A stretch of DNA of 64,000 nucleotides from Ramazzottius varieornatus. Taxonomy: Eukaryota > Animalia > Tardigrada. The stretch covers positions 1,470,827 through 1,534,826 of the forward strand of contig BDGG01000006.1 in the NCBI GenBank assembly GCA_001949185.1. Reading direction: 5' to 3'. Position numbers and translations under genes: made by a program. The notes beneath the pieces are model-generated. The model was not told where the DNA came from. It saw nothing but the letters and a program-made list of their open reading frames with translations, and did not search any database. This document shows positions 37,001 to 51,301 of the stretch, piece by piece (the first letter of the stretch is position 1; each line of letters starts with the position of its first letter).

Positions 37001-39249
37001 GAAAAAAAAACGCGTTGAGGATACTAGTGAAGCTCGAGTCGAACGACAAAGAAGAACTTTTAAATGGTGAATGTTTTCTGATTTTGTTTTTTGTTTCGTT
37101 GCAATCTTCATTGTTTTTCTGAGTTGAAAACTGGACAATGGCGAAACAAGTTCAACAAGTTTTGATGTTTTATTGAGGAGATGTTGAATATTGAAAACCC
37201 GATGAGCCGACATTGGACGAGTGACTGGCCATCTAAGAGTTAAAAGACTTACGGAAAGTATGCTTGTCAAGGGTGACGCTGTCGTGGCGGTAATCGCCAG
37301 GCGGAAGTTTGAAGTCGTAATTGAAGAGAGAGTTAATCAAGGTTGATTTGCCGATGCCGGTTTCACCTGCAACAAGAACACTTTACATGATAGAGACACG
37401 GCCTCATAATCCACCTTCACACAACACTCGCTTCTCATCAATGTGCAAAACACCTCGCATACAACATCTTTTCACAAGCACTGCGGGAGACAAACATCTC
37501 GCGTGCCACATTTGCATTCTTCCGCCTTCACAAGCCCCATCGTAAAACGCTTCAACCCTTTCACGGCATCTCTCTTTTCGTGTATATGAAAGAAAAGTTT
37601 CATTCCGACCACCACGGAATACTCAACAAAACTAAAACCACTGAGTTATGAAACTTGGCGTCTCGGATGGACTGTCTGTACTGAAGCCAGCACGGCCTTG
37701 TATTGACCACTGGCTACCATACAGAGAGCACACCGTCAAGCGTCGCGTCTTGGCTTCTTGGCAATCTGAGGCGGAAAGCGAGACAAAGGCGGCTTCGACG
37801 ATATCTCTACAGCACAATCGTCAAATAAGTTTACAGGCACTTACCGATAACGAGAATATTGAAGACAAAGCCAGCTTTGGTGGCTTTGTTGACAAACTGC
37901 ACCGGAAGAGATTCAAAGCCCACATTCTGACTGGACACCAGCTTGATCTTTCGGACCTTGATGCCTTCCGCATCGACATACGCGTTACCCTGCAAGGAAG
38001 CAAAGCTTCCAAGGGTTGAAATATCACGACAGAAGCTCGACTTACGTTGGGAGATTCTTCTGAGCCACTTCTGGCGTCGATGTATTCATCCACGGCGTTG
38101 TTGCTGTTCCGGGAGACATCGCCGAGGACGGTACGATGGTTGGTATCCATTCTTTCCGCGGCTAACATCGTGGTATCCTCCGGAGCGGCTGTCGAGGCGA
38201 AAGAAACATTAACCACCGTGACTTCTCAAGAGGTTGTTTGGCCAAGCTCGACTTACACAAACGAGATGAACTGCGAAATGCGCCGTTGACTGGTGTGGAC
38301 GAGACCAAGGTTGACTGGCTGACGTCACGCTCCATCACAGACGGTCCAACGTCAGAGAAGGCATCACTCATGAGTGAATCACGCTGAATGGCCCGTATGC
38401 CTCCTGTAAGAGGCAAAACAGCACGTGATCAGGTTGAAGTAGCAGACAAGCACGTGATACGGAAGGAACATAGCCAGCCGTTGCCTACGGAATTCTCGAC
38501 GAATGCCGATTGGTGAAGGATATTCATCCTGCTTCCATTCGTTGGCCACGCTGTGGCGACCGCTCCCACTCCCGCCCGCATCGGATAGCTCCACTTCCAT
38601 CTCGGAATCACCGCCTCCGTCGCCGTCTCCTTCAGATGGCGTACTGACACGGCCTTGACTGCTTGGCGGTGCGTAACTTTGGAGAGGCGAAGAGATTGTC
38701 TGCAAACAACAGCCGTGGTTGACGTTAAACAATCCATCAAAACTTCAGCACCGTCCTGGAGGACGACACGATACTAACTGGAGGCATTTAATAGGAGAAA
38801 AAGGGCACTCACCGGTCGCAAAGTCAAGTCGGCAACGCGAGACGGCATGGTTGAAGTTTTCCAATCATTCTTCCCGCGCATCGATGGATTCAGCGTGCCT
38901 CCTCGACTGCTGGAATTGCTGCCGTTACTACGAGTGGAAGCTTCGGAGATCCAGCATTTGAGCTGTCAAAACAGAAGAGGTAAACAACACGGGAGAAAGG
39001 AGAGAGCAAAACTTTCAAAAGGTGAATCCAGAAGTCACTGATCAATCAACCGTAGCTTCAACATACATCCATAACTCTTGATTTGAAACCTTTGCTCTTC
39101 TTGTGCGGCTTCAGCGAAGGTTCGGTTTCGGGAGATCCGCGGGATGACAACGAGGCGTCCTCAGGCTGGTAAGGCGAGGAGACTGTTTCACGAGCACGTC
39201 CGTTCAGTCCGTACTTTGCATCATGACTGTGATCGCGATTGTGGTCCAT
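34080..39249 (-). CDS. Septin, SEPT6 group (Sep2/UNC-61-like), with long N-terminal extension
   Basis: VGFESLPVQFVNK..GFVFNILVI|GETGIGKSTLINSLF, DTRVHAC, KVNIIPVIARGD, YPWG, ENEAHCDF, KKEEETRADFVNKVREKETELK. Confidence 0.88.
34660..34965. repeat. TGCA-rich internally repetitive element in septin intron
   Basis: GTATGCAGGTGCATGCA twice (~34802, ~34900) and many TGCACC/GCACCC units. Confidence 0.6.
35440..35557. mobile_element. AAGTGGCGCA palindromic element with TA-bounded termini, septin intron
   Basis: TATGGGAGCTG ... CAGCTCCCATA; core CAAGAGGCGCA-27 nt-TGCGCCACTTGG. Confidence 0.85.
36227..36415. mobile_element. AAGTGGCGCA palindromic element, dimer, septin intron
   Basis: Two cores at ~36258 and ~36336, both 27-nt spacers; right end GAGTTTGTTTGTCGAGCTC. 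Confidence 0.85.
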
Positions 39250-40946
39250 GAGTTGCTACAACTCCAACCCTGTAGCGAGAAACAAGCAAGACACTTCAAG
39301 TCCAAGCGTACGTGCTTCACTTGGCTATGCTTTGCTGGTCCTATCAAGGCGATGACACCTATGAAAACATCATTATGCTACCACCACATCCACTCTCACA
39401 TTCCAGCACAACAAGGCTAATGGGCTTTTGAACGTGAGAAGGCTGCTGGGAAATAGATCAACAACGTTGCAGACTTCTGCGCAGCTTCCAAAATACAACA
39501 AGCGCTATCCCAGCGAACACAACAGTCAAAACGGCATACAGTACCAAAAAATTAACCGTCGATAGTAGGCGTGACAATTAAACGCGAGCTTAATTATACT
39601 GTGATAAATAACGGTTTTGATTCGCCGCATGCGCAAATTCCATTGGCCATTTCCATCTGGCTCCTTCTAACACCCGTTTTCGACGGTTAATCGTTTGGTA
39701 CAGTGTATCCCTTCTTCTGTGACCGTCGAAGAGCAGACAGCAGTGCTCCAGCAATCTTCTTCGTACAGATGACGGTTAAGGAAGTGCACGAGTGGAGAGA
39801 TTGTTCGGAGATCCACGGTAGAAAACAGCTGAACGAAAACTTGGCTCGTTCTAATTTCGATTCGTAAAATCCCGAATCTCCAAAGAAGGCGGGTACTTCG
39901 TTGATCGGTTCGGTTTCGAGCCGGGACGAGCCGTGACGCCGGTGGTGCTTTTGGCGTAAATTTTTTGTACCAGCTCGACAATGAGGAAACGGGATGATCT
40001 CGCTTTTTGTTTTCTCTCCATATTACTAAATACTGATGTAAGGGTATCGGGGTTATTTTGTACTATGTAATATTAGTTTGACTTCAGATGGACCTCATGT
40101 TTGTCGTTCGCATGTGATCTGGAAGCCTGTCGGAAGCACTTGTGCCCACAGTATAGATTTTTGTTCAGGAGATTTCTCAGGATCAAAGAAGCTCTATGTG
40201 AAAGCGCTGTAGGGGCGCATAGGACAATTTAAATCGGAAAGCAGCCGGAAGTCGATTGAGATTGTTAGGACGAAATAACTCTGAAGTGTGTCACTGAAGG
40301 AGGCCTGTGGATCAAATCATGGGAAAAACCTGAAAAATCGAAGCCGGGACAAGGTGCGTGCAACAAATTAATAGCGACATTACATTGATTACAGAGCTTG
40401 GCTCCTCACACTCCCTAATATTCGGTGACGGATCACGCTTGTTACAGGGCTTGAAAGTTTTGTGCCTTCTCATCACTTCCGGAGCATCCATTAATCGATC
40501 GCTACAAGGCGTATTTCCAACTCGATTGTCAAGCTTCGTTTCATGACTTCAACCACCATGGCAGCTATGTTTTCCACGAGCGTTGACTTTCATTCCAGTC
40601 ACAGCGTAGACTGCATCGGCGTTGCAAAGTGTTCTGGAACTTCACAATCAATATTCACCAACAAGAGCGCAGAAAACGATTTCTTCCTACAGTATTTTCC
40701 ATGTCTATCTGGTTACGAGACTTCTGGACCTTACCGGAAACGACTATGATAGCGCTCTTCTAAAACACAAAAGGTAAACAATAGTCTGTCACTCACGGAT
40801 TTATTCTGTCCACAGTAGCATAATCGTTTTTTCTTGTTCGTTTCCTCTTTGCTTATTTTTACAGCAAACATGTGTTGTTAGTTCGTACGACGAAAATTGA
40901 TTTTTGGTTGAACTTTGTAGGTGGTGAAATTTCCGACGATATAAAG

Positions 40947-43900
40947 ATGGCTTGCCCGTTCAGCGGACCGCGAGAGAACGGTGGAGAAGTGAAGCGGACG
41001 GACTCGCCGATGATCATGGAAACGGATGGCGAACCGGTGGCAGCTGCTGATACCAAGCGTCTAAATTTGCGCCATCTGACCAAAGCCGTCGGTACCTTCA
41101 TCCTCATCCCTGTAAGTACCTTTTAGGAGAAACCAGCATTTTGAAATCTGTTCTGGAACTTCAGAAAGTATTGTTATTTACGTGGGACCAAGACAGGCAT
41201 GAACTTGTGTCACGCGCGTGTCAAAAGAGTCGATAGTCTTGCCTGCTGGGATTACAGCCAGAGATTAAGTTGCCGTTATTTCCGAAATGATTAATGGACG
41301 CTGAGCTAAGGCGCGTATCCTTTTGCAAAACGATTGAGGAAGCTGGTATACAGTATCGAGTTGCGTAACGCGAGACCTTTCGTGTCGTTGCATGTTTGTA
41401 AAGAGCTCTTCCCTAGGGGGCAGCATCATACACTACATTACAGTTATGCATAGCTGTTTACTTTTGCACTGACTGTTATATCAACAATTATTTCTTTCTG
41501 ATCGTGTTCAGACAAACTTTCTCGGTTCGGCACTTCACAACTTGCTGACCAAACTTAACGCGGACGCCTGGAAGAAATTACGGTATTGTCCGAGTTCTCC
41601 GTCACACTCGCTCGTAGTAACGGTGGGCCGTGACTGTATAATTATTCATTGAAGGCAAGCACTGAAGCTGCGAGATGACCAGTTATCGCCAGATCCCGGT
41701 GCAACATACGTGTTCGATGGAGCAGAAATCATCAAGGACATCATGGGACGAATTCAACCGAAAGCTGGTATGTAGAAAAAGGGCAGAAAAGTTCTTGGTT
41801 TGACAGGAAATTTGCGCACTTCAAAGTTACGGTGTGCGACAGCGTAGTTCAACTGGATCGCAAGCTACTGAAGCTTTCTACCGGGTGGCTAGTTCAAATT
41901 TTGACAAATTCTGATGTCCAACCTGGGTGGTCCCTGCTAACGAAATGCCCCGCGAACATGGTTCCTAACAATAAGACAGAGGGAAGTTTTCCGAAATTAC
42001 CTTCTTCCGGCGAAATTTTCGTCCGGGACGGAAAGAAACGATGGTGTAAATCCCATATGGCCAAAACAAAGACCATACATTGTCGCGTATCGAACAGGTA
42101 CAGCCCTGTTTCGGAAAAACCAAGCGAAATTTGTCTTTGAAAGACAAACTTTGTGAAAGTTACGAATGGCCAACCGGCACTTTTTAACAGCTGAATTTAA
42201 ATGTGTTCCCAAAACTCGAAGATGGCTGTTGTGAGTGTAGTTTTGTATCCAGCCAAGGCAGAGTGCTTTGTGCTTTCGCAGGTGTGGAACTTCACGAGCT
42301 GTGGCGGCGTCTGGGTCGTGAGTTTACTCTCTTATGCTACAAAGAGTTCCCCAGCGCACTGAAATGCGTGGGTAGTACGGTCCAGGACCTTTTCGGCAGC
42401 ATGGATTCCTTCCACGGACACTTGGTCAAAGCTGACGAGTTTCGTAATTACCGTTGGTCGCCACCGTACCTTCGCTGTGCTGCGCGGGGAGACGATCTGG
42501 ACATCCAGTACGCCATCGACGCCGACCGGCCTCTGGACTATCTCAACTTCATGGCTGGGGTGATCGAGCAAGCGGCTGTTAGCGTCTTCAACGTAGAGGT
42601 GGGAGTAGAGGCCATGCATATGGATGACCTGAAGGAGAACGTCGAGCTGGTTAGCAATTTCGTGGGCGAACCGAAGGCGGGAGCAGTCGTGCAGAACTAC
42701 GTGTACAGGGTGTCGGTGAAGGAGAAAGTGGGCAGCGCCGCGCATAAGTCTGCTGTGTCGACGGTTTTGAATCGCCATCCGGAAAAACTCTCGCAGGTAA
42801 GAAAAAATCTACTGCTTGATCTTCTCATCTCGACATGCCCGAAAAGTATCACTTTGATAATGCCACCCGACGTGCTTTTTTCAGGATCCGAAAGACCTTC
42901 CAGTGAAGCCCGGTGCGTTCTGCGCCGCCTTCCCTTTCCACTTCATGTTCGACCGCGACCTTCAACTACAGCAGATGGGTGTGGGTCTCCTGCGTATTTT
43001 TTCTTCCATGTTGGCCTCTGATCTCTCGGTCCTCACCTACTTTAGCGTCGTCACTCCCAGACTTACCACCGTCACCTTTGACAGTATTAAGTTGACCATG
43101 CACGTGCCCTTCCGGCTAGCGTTACGTGAGATCAAGACCAGTCAGCAGACCAACCTGGCCGGTATGGAACTGAAAGGCCAAATGAGCTTCTGCCCAGAGT
43201 CCAACTTGATCATCTTCATCGGCTCTCCTGTCGTGGAGAAGCTGGAAGAACTGACGGGTCGTGGGCTGTACATCTCGGATATTCCCATTCATGATGCAAC
43301 CAGGGATGTCATTCTGGTCGGGGAACAGACTAAAGCACAGGACGGGCTGAAGAAACGCATGGACAAACTGAAAAATAGCATTGAAGAAGCTAACCGTGCC
43401 GTCGAGGAAGAACGACAGAAAAACGTGGACCTACTGCACTTGATCTTTCCTCCAGGTACAATTTACGGTTGGCATAACCCGAAGTTTAGATCTTACTACT
43501 GTAAGCTGAAGTTTACGTGGTATAGTCGCGCAACAGACTTTCAAGTTGAGAATTCAAATGGTGTTTTTTTTTACGGTGGTTCTCTTGTACAGATGTGGCG
43601 AAGAAACTGTGGTTGGGTCAGCCAGTCGACGCTGAGACCATCGACGAGGTTACAATGTTATTCAGTGACATTGTGGGCTTTACCGCAATCTGCGGTATTT
43701 CTACGCCTATGATGGTCATTGACATGTTGAACGGGCTGTACACACGGTTCGACGCTGAAACAGTCAACTGTGACGTCTACAAGGTACTTTAAATGAAAGC
43801 TCGATTTCTGAAATTGGTGCTGACATTAAGGATGGGTAAGCGATGAAAGGTCTTGTGCGACAATTTAGCTGGAAACGATTGGCGACGCATTCATCTGTGT

Positions 43901-44910
43901 GGGAGGTCTGCATAATCGTCCGGCGCCCTGGCATTCGCAGCAGGTCGCCTGGATGGCGCTGAGGATGATGAGTCATGCCAAAAAGCAAATCGCTCCTGAT
44001 GGAAACGCCATCCGGGTACGTCGATCACCGTAACGTTTTGCTCTCCAACAGAAATCCCAATATGTTACTGCCTACATACCAGTTCAAAATGATCAAACAA
44101 TATATCTGTAAAGCAGAGTATCTGGTGGAGAAACAGTAATGGTAGTGTACAGGATTGCAGAGTGCTTTGTATTTACTCTCTTTAGGTTATTGTTTCACTG
44201 TGTAATATAAGCATTTTCTTCCGGCTCCACTGTGACTTTATACTACAGTAGAGTTATTTGTTATGACTTTCAGATGCGAGTTGGTCTGCATACGGGATCG
44301 GTGTTGGTACGATAAAATCGAACGGCATTCTGCTTAGCTCATATTGACAATAACTTTGAACAGGCGGGGGTCGTGGGGATAAAGATGCCGCGCTATTGCC
44401 TTTTTGGTAAGTGAGAGAGCCCTTGTCAAAGTGGTAACCGAATTTCAAATTGCCATGAAGGGCAGTGCGGAGCATGAGAAACGCTTCCGCATTGTGAAGC
44501 CCTGCGATTTTCTGCAGGAAATAACGTGACCATCGCCAACAAGTTTGAGTCCGGAAGTGAACCCGAACGGATAAACATCAGCCCTACAACGCACAAGTAA
44601 GAACCCTTTAAAGTCCTCTCCTAGTTTGAGCTGGTTTCGGAAGCTTGCTATACTTCGTTTGCAAAAAGAGCAAGTGAAACTGTGCTGATGGACTTTCCGC
44701 TGTGTACGAAGGTTGTTGGAAAAAACGGCGGGATTTGTCTTCACACCACGCGATCACAGCCTACTACCAAAAGGATTTCCGCCCGAAATCCCCGGCACAT
44801 GCCACTTTCTGGAACGCTACAAGCATCCCTCCGTTTCCGTTGACAAAGACGGCCCGGACGTCGACCATATCAAGATTGCTCTCGACGAACTTAACATTGG
44901 GCATCGCTAA
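40947..44910 (+). CDS. Soluble guanylyl cyclase alpha subunit
   Basis: MACPF N-terminus, [66 protein letters not shown]. Confidence 0.93.
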
Positions 44911-46314
44911 TTGGAATGCTGGATGCTGCAGAACTAGAGATGCGTACTGGGAAGAGCCGCTTGTGCGGAAGATTTATCAGCATTCTCTACCGTTTGATTT
45001 CTTCGTACGTTGCAGTGTGCAGTATTTACATACGAAAGAAAGCACATATTAATGATATTGTAACCTATCTCTTTCATTCAATAAAGTGCGCTGTGAATTA
45101 CCAGTACTGTAGAACGAGTTGGAGAGATGGGTGCGGTCGTGGACGGAATGAGGAAGCGTCTTTGAGGAGGCGAAAGCGTTTCGGGCTTGTATGTAGTTTT
45201 ATCGGCGGAGGCTTATCAATCGAACGAAGTTTTACGCTTTTTTAAGGGCTAGGCGGATATCTGTGATAAGTCCTCCAAGAAATCGCTCAATAGTCTTCGA
45301 AAGCCGAGCATGTTTGAAGGGGTTCAGCGGGGTAAGCCGGATATGCATGCAAGCAGAGTGCCGCAATCAGTAGCAGGCGTCAAACTACGGAGACTGGTGA
45401 ACGCAGTAGCGACAGCCGTGACATTATAGCAATCTCAAGCTGTGTACGTTACAGCACCTCAAATCAGGGAAAAACCCATAAATTTTCAGTCGAGCTAGGA
45501 CGAATCTTCGTGACCCTCCGAAACGACCTATACTCGAGAAAGCAATGTCGAATGTATGCTATATGGCGCAAACTTTGCTTCACCCAGAGAGGTAATTTTT
45601 GGGCGTGGCACCAAACAACAGCGCCGCGGGCAAATTGGAAAATCCTGAACTGTGTAAAATAGACAGTAATGAAATCTGAGTTGGAAACGTGAGGGTGTTG
45701 AAGATTCGTGCTGTTATCCGGGCAATCTAATAATTAGTCTTGCGATACAGGAGCAATCTTGAAACGTCGTGAATGATCGCTCAAGACCTAATCATCCACT
45801 CTGGGCCGTCCCCCAAACTTTACGACTGCATCTTGTACGATACTCCAGCTGTAGCGTACACAGTCATCCAAGTACTGCAGTGAAGCGTAAACGGACTGGA
45901 TATCTCTCAAGATCGTAGTGAAGAAAGTTCAAGTCAAGCAAGTACGTACACAGCCACAAATGACTTTTGTGGATGATTGCTGTTGTAACAGCCAAAGTGC
46001 TCCTTAATCGCTTTATCACTTTATTCCACTGTCCAACGATAGTCTGGTGGCCATGTCAATCAATGAGGAAGTATATGGTGCACGTCGGCAGAAACCTTGG
46101 TTGAACTTTTTCACTTTGACATTCAGAGTAAGATTAGACATTGCTTTTTGACTCGTTCACTTCCTCGTTTTTGCTGGAGGGAAAAGTTGCCGATAGAAAT
46201 TGATGGCTATAGCAAAGCGTGCTATTGTTTGATCGCATCACTTTTCTGCTTTGACGTTGGTGGATCTGGGAGACGCGGGATCAAACGAAGAAGGAGGGCG
46301 ACACCGGGGACAGA

Positions 46315-49300
46315 ATGGTGCGTGTTGGCTCTTTGCTTCATTCAATTTTCCACCAAGCAGCAAAAGCGTCGTGAGGCATGTGCATGTCAATGTTGGGTTT
46401 GTGGACGTTTCCGTGTAACGCGAAGACGCACAATATTTACATAGTGGAAACATTATTGTGCGTAAAGACTGGCATTCTGTGAATTTTTACTGTAACCTGA
46501 GCGGGAATGTGATGGTTCCGGTGTTTATGTTACGCCCAAGTTGCTTGATCTTACTTTCCGCTGTCGAACAGTTCGGAAATGAGCCACAAATCGATATGGA
46601 AATTTTCATTCGCAAAATACGATCATGAATGGACCTCTTGGCTTTTTAGTACGGGTTTGTCAACCACGCCATCGAGCTGCTGGTCCTCAGGAATTTCGGT
46701 GAAGAAACATGGGAAAAAATCAAGTAAGTTATTCTGCCTACTGTCAGTTTCAGCTTGAAGGGCAGACTGCAAAGTACAGTAACACCGAACTCGTGCACCA
46801 CTGCGCAAGTCTAGAAGCTTATTTCTGAAGTTTTTTTTAAAATTTATAAAAGTGTAGAAGGAAGACAGGTTACGGAGAATAAGGCTTTTCTTTGGAAGAA
46901 TAATTACATCCCGACTTAAATCTAGCGCCATGTAGCGCACGTGTGCGTGTGTCAGATTACAGATATTTACAGCGTCGTAGAAACATCACGTTTGCACTTT
47001 CATCCCAGCTCAGACTTCTCAGTAAGTACAGATAGCTGAAGCGTGACGATTTTTATTCGATAAGTACTTTACGGATGGTGATAAATGCTGGAAACATCTG
47101 TTTGATTTTGGTCATTAGCAGACAAGGATGTAACTAAGCGCACGCAAGAGTTTACGCCTTGCTGGAAAGACTCAAATCCAGACGGCGATGAACCTCCCAT
47201 TGCCACGTCTGTTTAAGACAACCATGTAACATGGGACAAAAAAAAATAACGGCGCTACTCTAACCTTGGTAGCCTCTGTTTGACAATCGGATTTGTCTGT
47301 CTGGAGTTCGACTGTCCTTCCTATCACACATGACCAGGTTTTCCACTCGAAAATACAAAGCCGTTGCAGGGGAAAATTTGCGACGTGGAACTTTCGAGCT
47401 CGGTTGACGCTTGGATTACTTTTTGCCGAGGTTTTCGGGCTTCGCCACTTAAACGCAGTATAATTTCATTACAAGTTTGGATGCACTTGGAATGATCGAA
47501 TTGCAAATTAGCCGATCGAAAAGCTGAAGAGCTTCGGAGAAAAAGATGTACACTTCCTCCTGAATTTGTTACTTCTTTTCCCTGTGAACGGGACAAGAGT
47601 GAAGGCGGAAAAGAAATTGAAAGTTGGCGATTCATTCAAATGGAAGGCGAACGGGTGCTGATATCCCGACGGAGTTGGGTCTCTTGTCAGGCACATTGTC
47701 AGTTTTGGGCTGTCAAGTTGAAAGTTGGTGGAATGAAAAGAAAGCACAGCAGTCGACTCTATCAATTACATCCCTTGCTCGATATCATCCAGTCTTCATG
47801 CGGCTTGAACCCAAAAGTCCTTCTCTCATGGGAGGCGCGCATCGACACAAACAAAAAGTACCCTCCAGCTTACACGTGAAAATCATTACAACGATACAAC
47901 TCTTTCTGTTTGCAACAACGCCCATGGAACTATTGTCCTCGGAGAGGTCCACGTGGACCGAGCGCCCTCCCCTACATTCTTAGATGCTTCTGCACGCTAT
48001 ACTGTAGATATTTCATGCTGCCGTTTCTCTGTTCAGGTATTCTGTCCTTGGCGAGTACCTTCATTGGTGGTACTGTAGTTCGAGCCTGAGAGACTTCTGA
48101 TGGCTTTGGTCGTTGTGCTGAAAAGCGTTAGATTCAGCAAGGAACGGGAAGAGAACGCGGAAGTACTGTAAATCCTTCGAAGCAACCCGCCAAATGTCTT
48201 TTTAACAGCGCTACGGCTAATTTCCCACACGCTTCCCGACTGTTTTTCTCAATTAATGGTCTGTTTCTTGATGGCTTTGCGATGACTAGAGCACCAGGAG
48301 CCCACCAAGAGCCTTAATGTTTATGATCTGTGGTACAGTAAAAGCAGTTGCGTATGAGGATTACCCGTAACATCTGAATGGCTTTTAGAGAATACTTATA
48401 ATCCGGAAGATAAACTGACACGACATCTTTCTAACCTTCTTCCAGCTTGTTAGAGTGAACGGCTGATCGATGGATGGAAGTCAGCACAGTAGGGAGAAAG
48501 GTCGACTTTGCAAACTCCTTCCACAACAACATGGATCGATCGCGCTTTTCATCACATTACTGAGAGTATATTCAGAAAAGCTTTTTTATGAATGGCGTGG
48601 GTTGTGTAAGCAAACTCAAGGATGTGTAAGTCGCTTTGAATAGCTGCGGGTCAAGCCATGCTTAGGCCAGCTGTCACGCAGTACATGATGTCCTCGGCAA
48701 GATGCGTAAATACCCTACATTCCTCGACGTTCGCACGATCCACGTGGGTCCCCAGTCAAGAAGTTCAACCACAACCTTTAAACTGAAACACAAGGCGCAA
48801 AATAGGTATAAAACTTTAAACAATCGTAGTGCAATAACTAATGTCTCAGTTGAATTTGGAATATCCCAGTGACTTGCGGCTTTCATTTTCAATGTGTTGC
48901 ATGTTTCATTCTGCTTTTCAGGGAGGAAGCTGGCGTCAGCATGGACGGGAACTTCCTCATTCGCTTTGTGTATCCAGACGAGATAACATACAGACTGGTG
49001 GTAGCTGCCGAAAAAATTTTGAGTAAGTTGGAAAGATCAACCTGTCGTAATTGAATTTTCAAATATTGAGATTGATACCCAGAAGAGCCAAACACTGGCG
49101 TATGGGGACTTCTTTCCACGTTGTTTTCTATGTTCGCCAGACGTGCCTGTCCCCGCCATTTTGGAACTGTTCGGTGGCTTCTTCTACGACTTCTGTGTGG
49201 AATCCGGCTACGACAAGATCCTTCAAGTTCTCGGTTCCACACCGACTGCCTTCCTGGAAAACCTCGACGCCCTTCACGACCACCTTCAGTCCATCTATCC

Positions 49301-51301
49301 TGGTATGCGAGCTCCATCTTTCCGGTGCACGCGAGTCGACCACCGCTCCACCATCCTCCACTACTACTCAGAACGTGATGGGCTCGAACCCATAGTGCTG
49401 GGACTGGTCAAGACTGTCGCGGTAAGGCTACATGGAGTCGAAGTCACAGTTAGGGTCCTCAGTGCCCGAGACCCCGAACAAGGACGCGACCATACCCAGT
49501 TCCTTATCGAGGAAGCCGACACAGGCGGACATAAATTAGCTGTGGAAGATGAAGTTGTGGGGAAGGCGGGACATACGTTCAGAGTACAGCCAAGGATATC
49601 GCCGAAAACGTTTGCAGTGCTGTTTCCTTTCCACCTTGTGTTCGATAAGGATTTCGCGATAAGAGGTAAAGGATATACCGTAGTGAAGAGGCATACCTCA
49701 GCTTGTCTCGCTCTGGTGTTCCCTTTGCGAACCACCCAGAGACTGAGTACCCAAGAAAACTCTCGTGGATGAAAACGATCTGACCATTTTCAATAACAGA
49801 TGTGCGATACATACATATAGTCTGTGTCGTGGCTTTCATGAGTGTTTATCTTCCATAGGTGTCGGACAATCTCTGGCCAGAGTCATTCCCCAACTTTCCA
49901 CCGGTCATTCCGGTAAACATTCTTCCAAGCCGTCGAAATGCCACCTGGACGATATCTTTGAGATGCTCCGCCCGCACATGAACTTCGACTTCAAGACCAT
50001 TGTCGACCACATCAACACTATCTTCGTCCTAAAAACCCACGATGATCTCCCCGTACTCAACTATTACACCCAACAGAGCGACGTACGCAACTTGAAGTTG
50101 AAAGGCCAAATGATGTACCTACCCGAGCACGACTGGGTTCTGTACATCTGCTCACCGGCCACGAGCAACCTAAACGACCTCAGCAAGACGGCTTGCTACC
50201 TCAGCGACCTGCCTTTACACGATGCAACCAAAGACTTGGTACTCATGTCCGAGCAGTTTGAAGAAGAGTACAACTTGGCGAGAGACTTGGAGATCCTGAC
50301 GGACAACCTGCAGCAGTCGTATCGAGATCTGGAAGATGAGAAGAAAAAAACGGATAAGCTGGTGTATTCGATATTACCACCGAGTGTCGCAGCCGAGCTC
50401 AGGCATAACAAACCCGTGCCGGCTAAAAAGTATGATCAGGTTACGCTGATGTTTTGCGGAGTGACGAGTTTCGCCGATTTCTGCTCACGGACGCATAATG
50501 ACCCACGGCAGACGGTGGAGTACTTGAATAAAATTTATTCGAGGTTTGATGTTCTGACGGACCCAAAGCACAACCCGCACGTCTTCAAGGTACGAATTCC
50601 TTTCAGTCTCAAAAGTTGCTGGTATTATTGTGAGGAATCAGCAATGCGCGCATCAATTCCTGCAGGTCGAGACAGTGGGTGATAAGTACATGGCGGTCTC
50701 TGGTCTTCCCGAGGCTCACGATAGCCACGCCCGGTGGATCGCCAAATTGTCACTCGAGCTGATGGACATTGCTGACCAACTAAGAGCTGAAGGCGAACAT
50801 GTCACAGTAAGGTTGTTCCACAGTGAAGTGTAATCAGTATGCAGCGCAGCCATTAGCGTTTTAACTCTGACTTCTGTCCCAGATAACGATTGGGATTCAC
50901 AGCGGGGAATTAGTGACAGGAGTGATCGGACAACGCATGCCACGCTATTGTTTATTCGGCAACACAGTCAACCTAGCCAGCCGGACCGAGTCTACGGGAG
51001 AAAAAGGATCCATCAACGTGTCACAATCTGCATACGAGTAAGGATAATTCTTCAAGAGCATACAGTATATCGTCCGTATAACGACAGACCAAAATGAAAA
51101 CCTGAAAAACAGTGACAAGTGTCTTGTAGGGTTCTGCAAGATGAGAATAACTACGACGTGACTTTTGCCTTCGAAGCGAGAGGTCAAGTGCAAATGAAAG
51201 GCAAAGCCGAACCGATGAAGGTCTACATCTTACGACGAGAGTACATTGACCCACGCATGGCTTTCTTGTTTCACCCCCTGCTGAAAGTGACCACCGTTTG
51301 A
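46315..51301 (+). CDS. Soluble guanylyl cyclase beta-1 subunit (NO receptor)
   Basis: M|[24 protein letters not shown] and YYSER, LMFCGV (beta-type Gly), [27 protein letters not shown]-only first coding exon inferred at 46315-46317. Confidence 0.93.
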
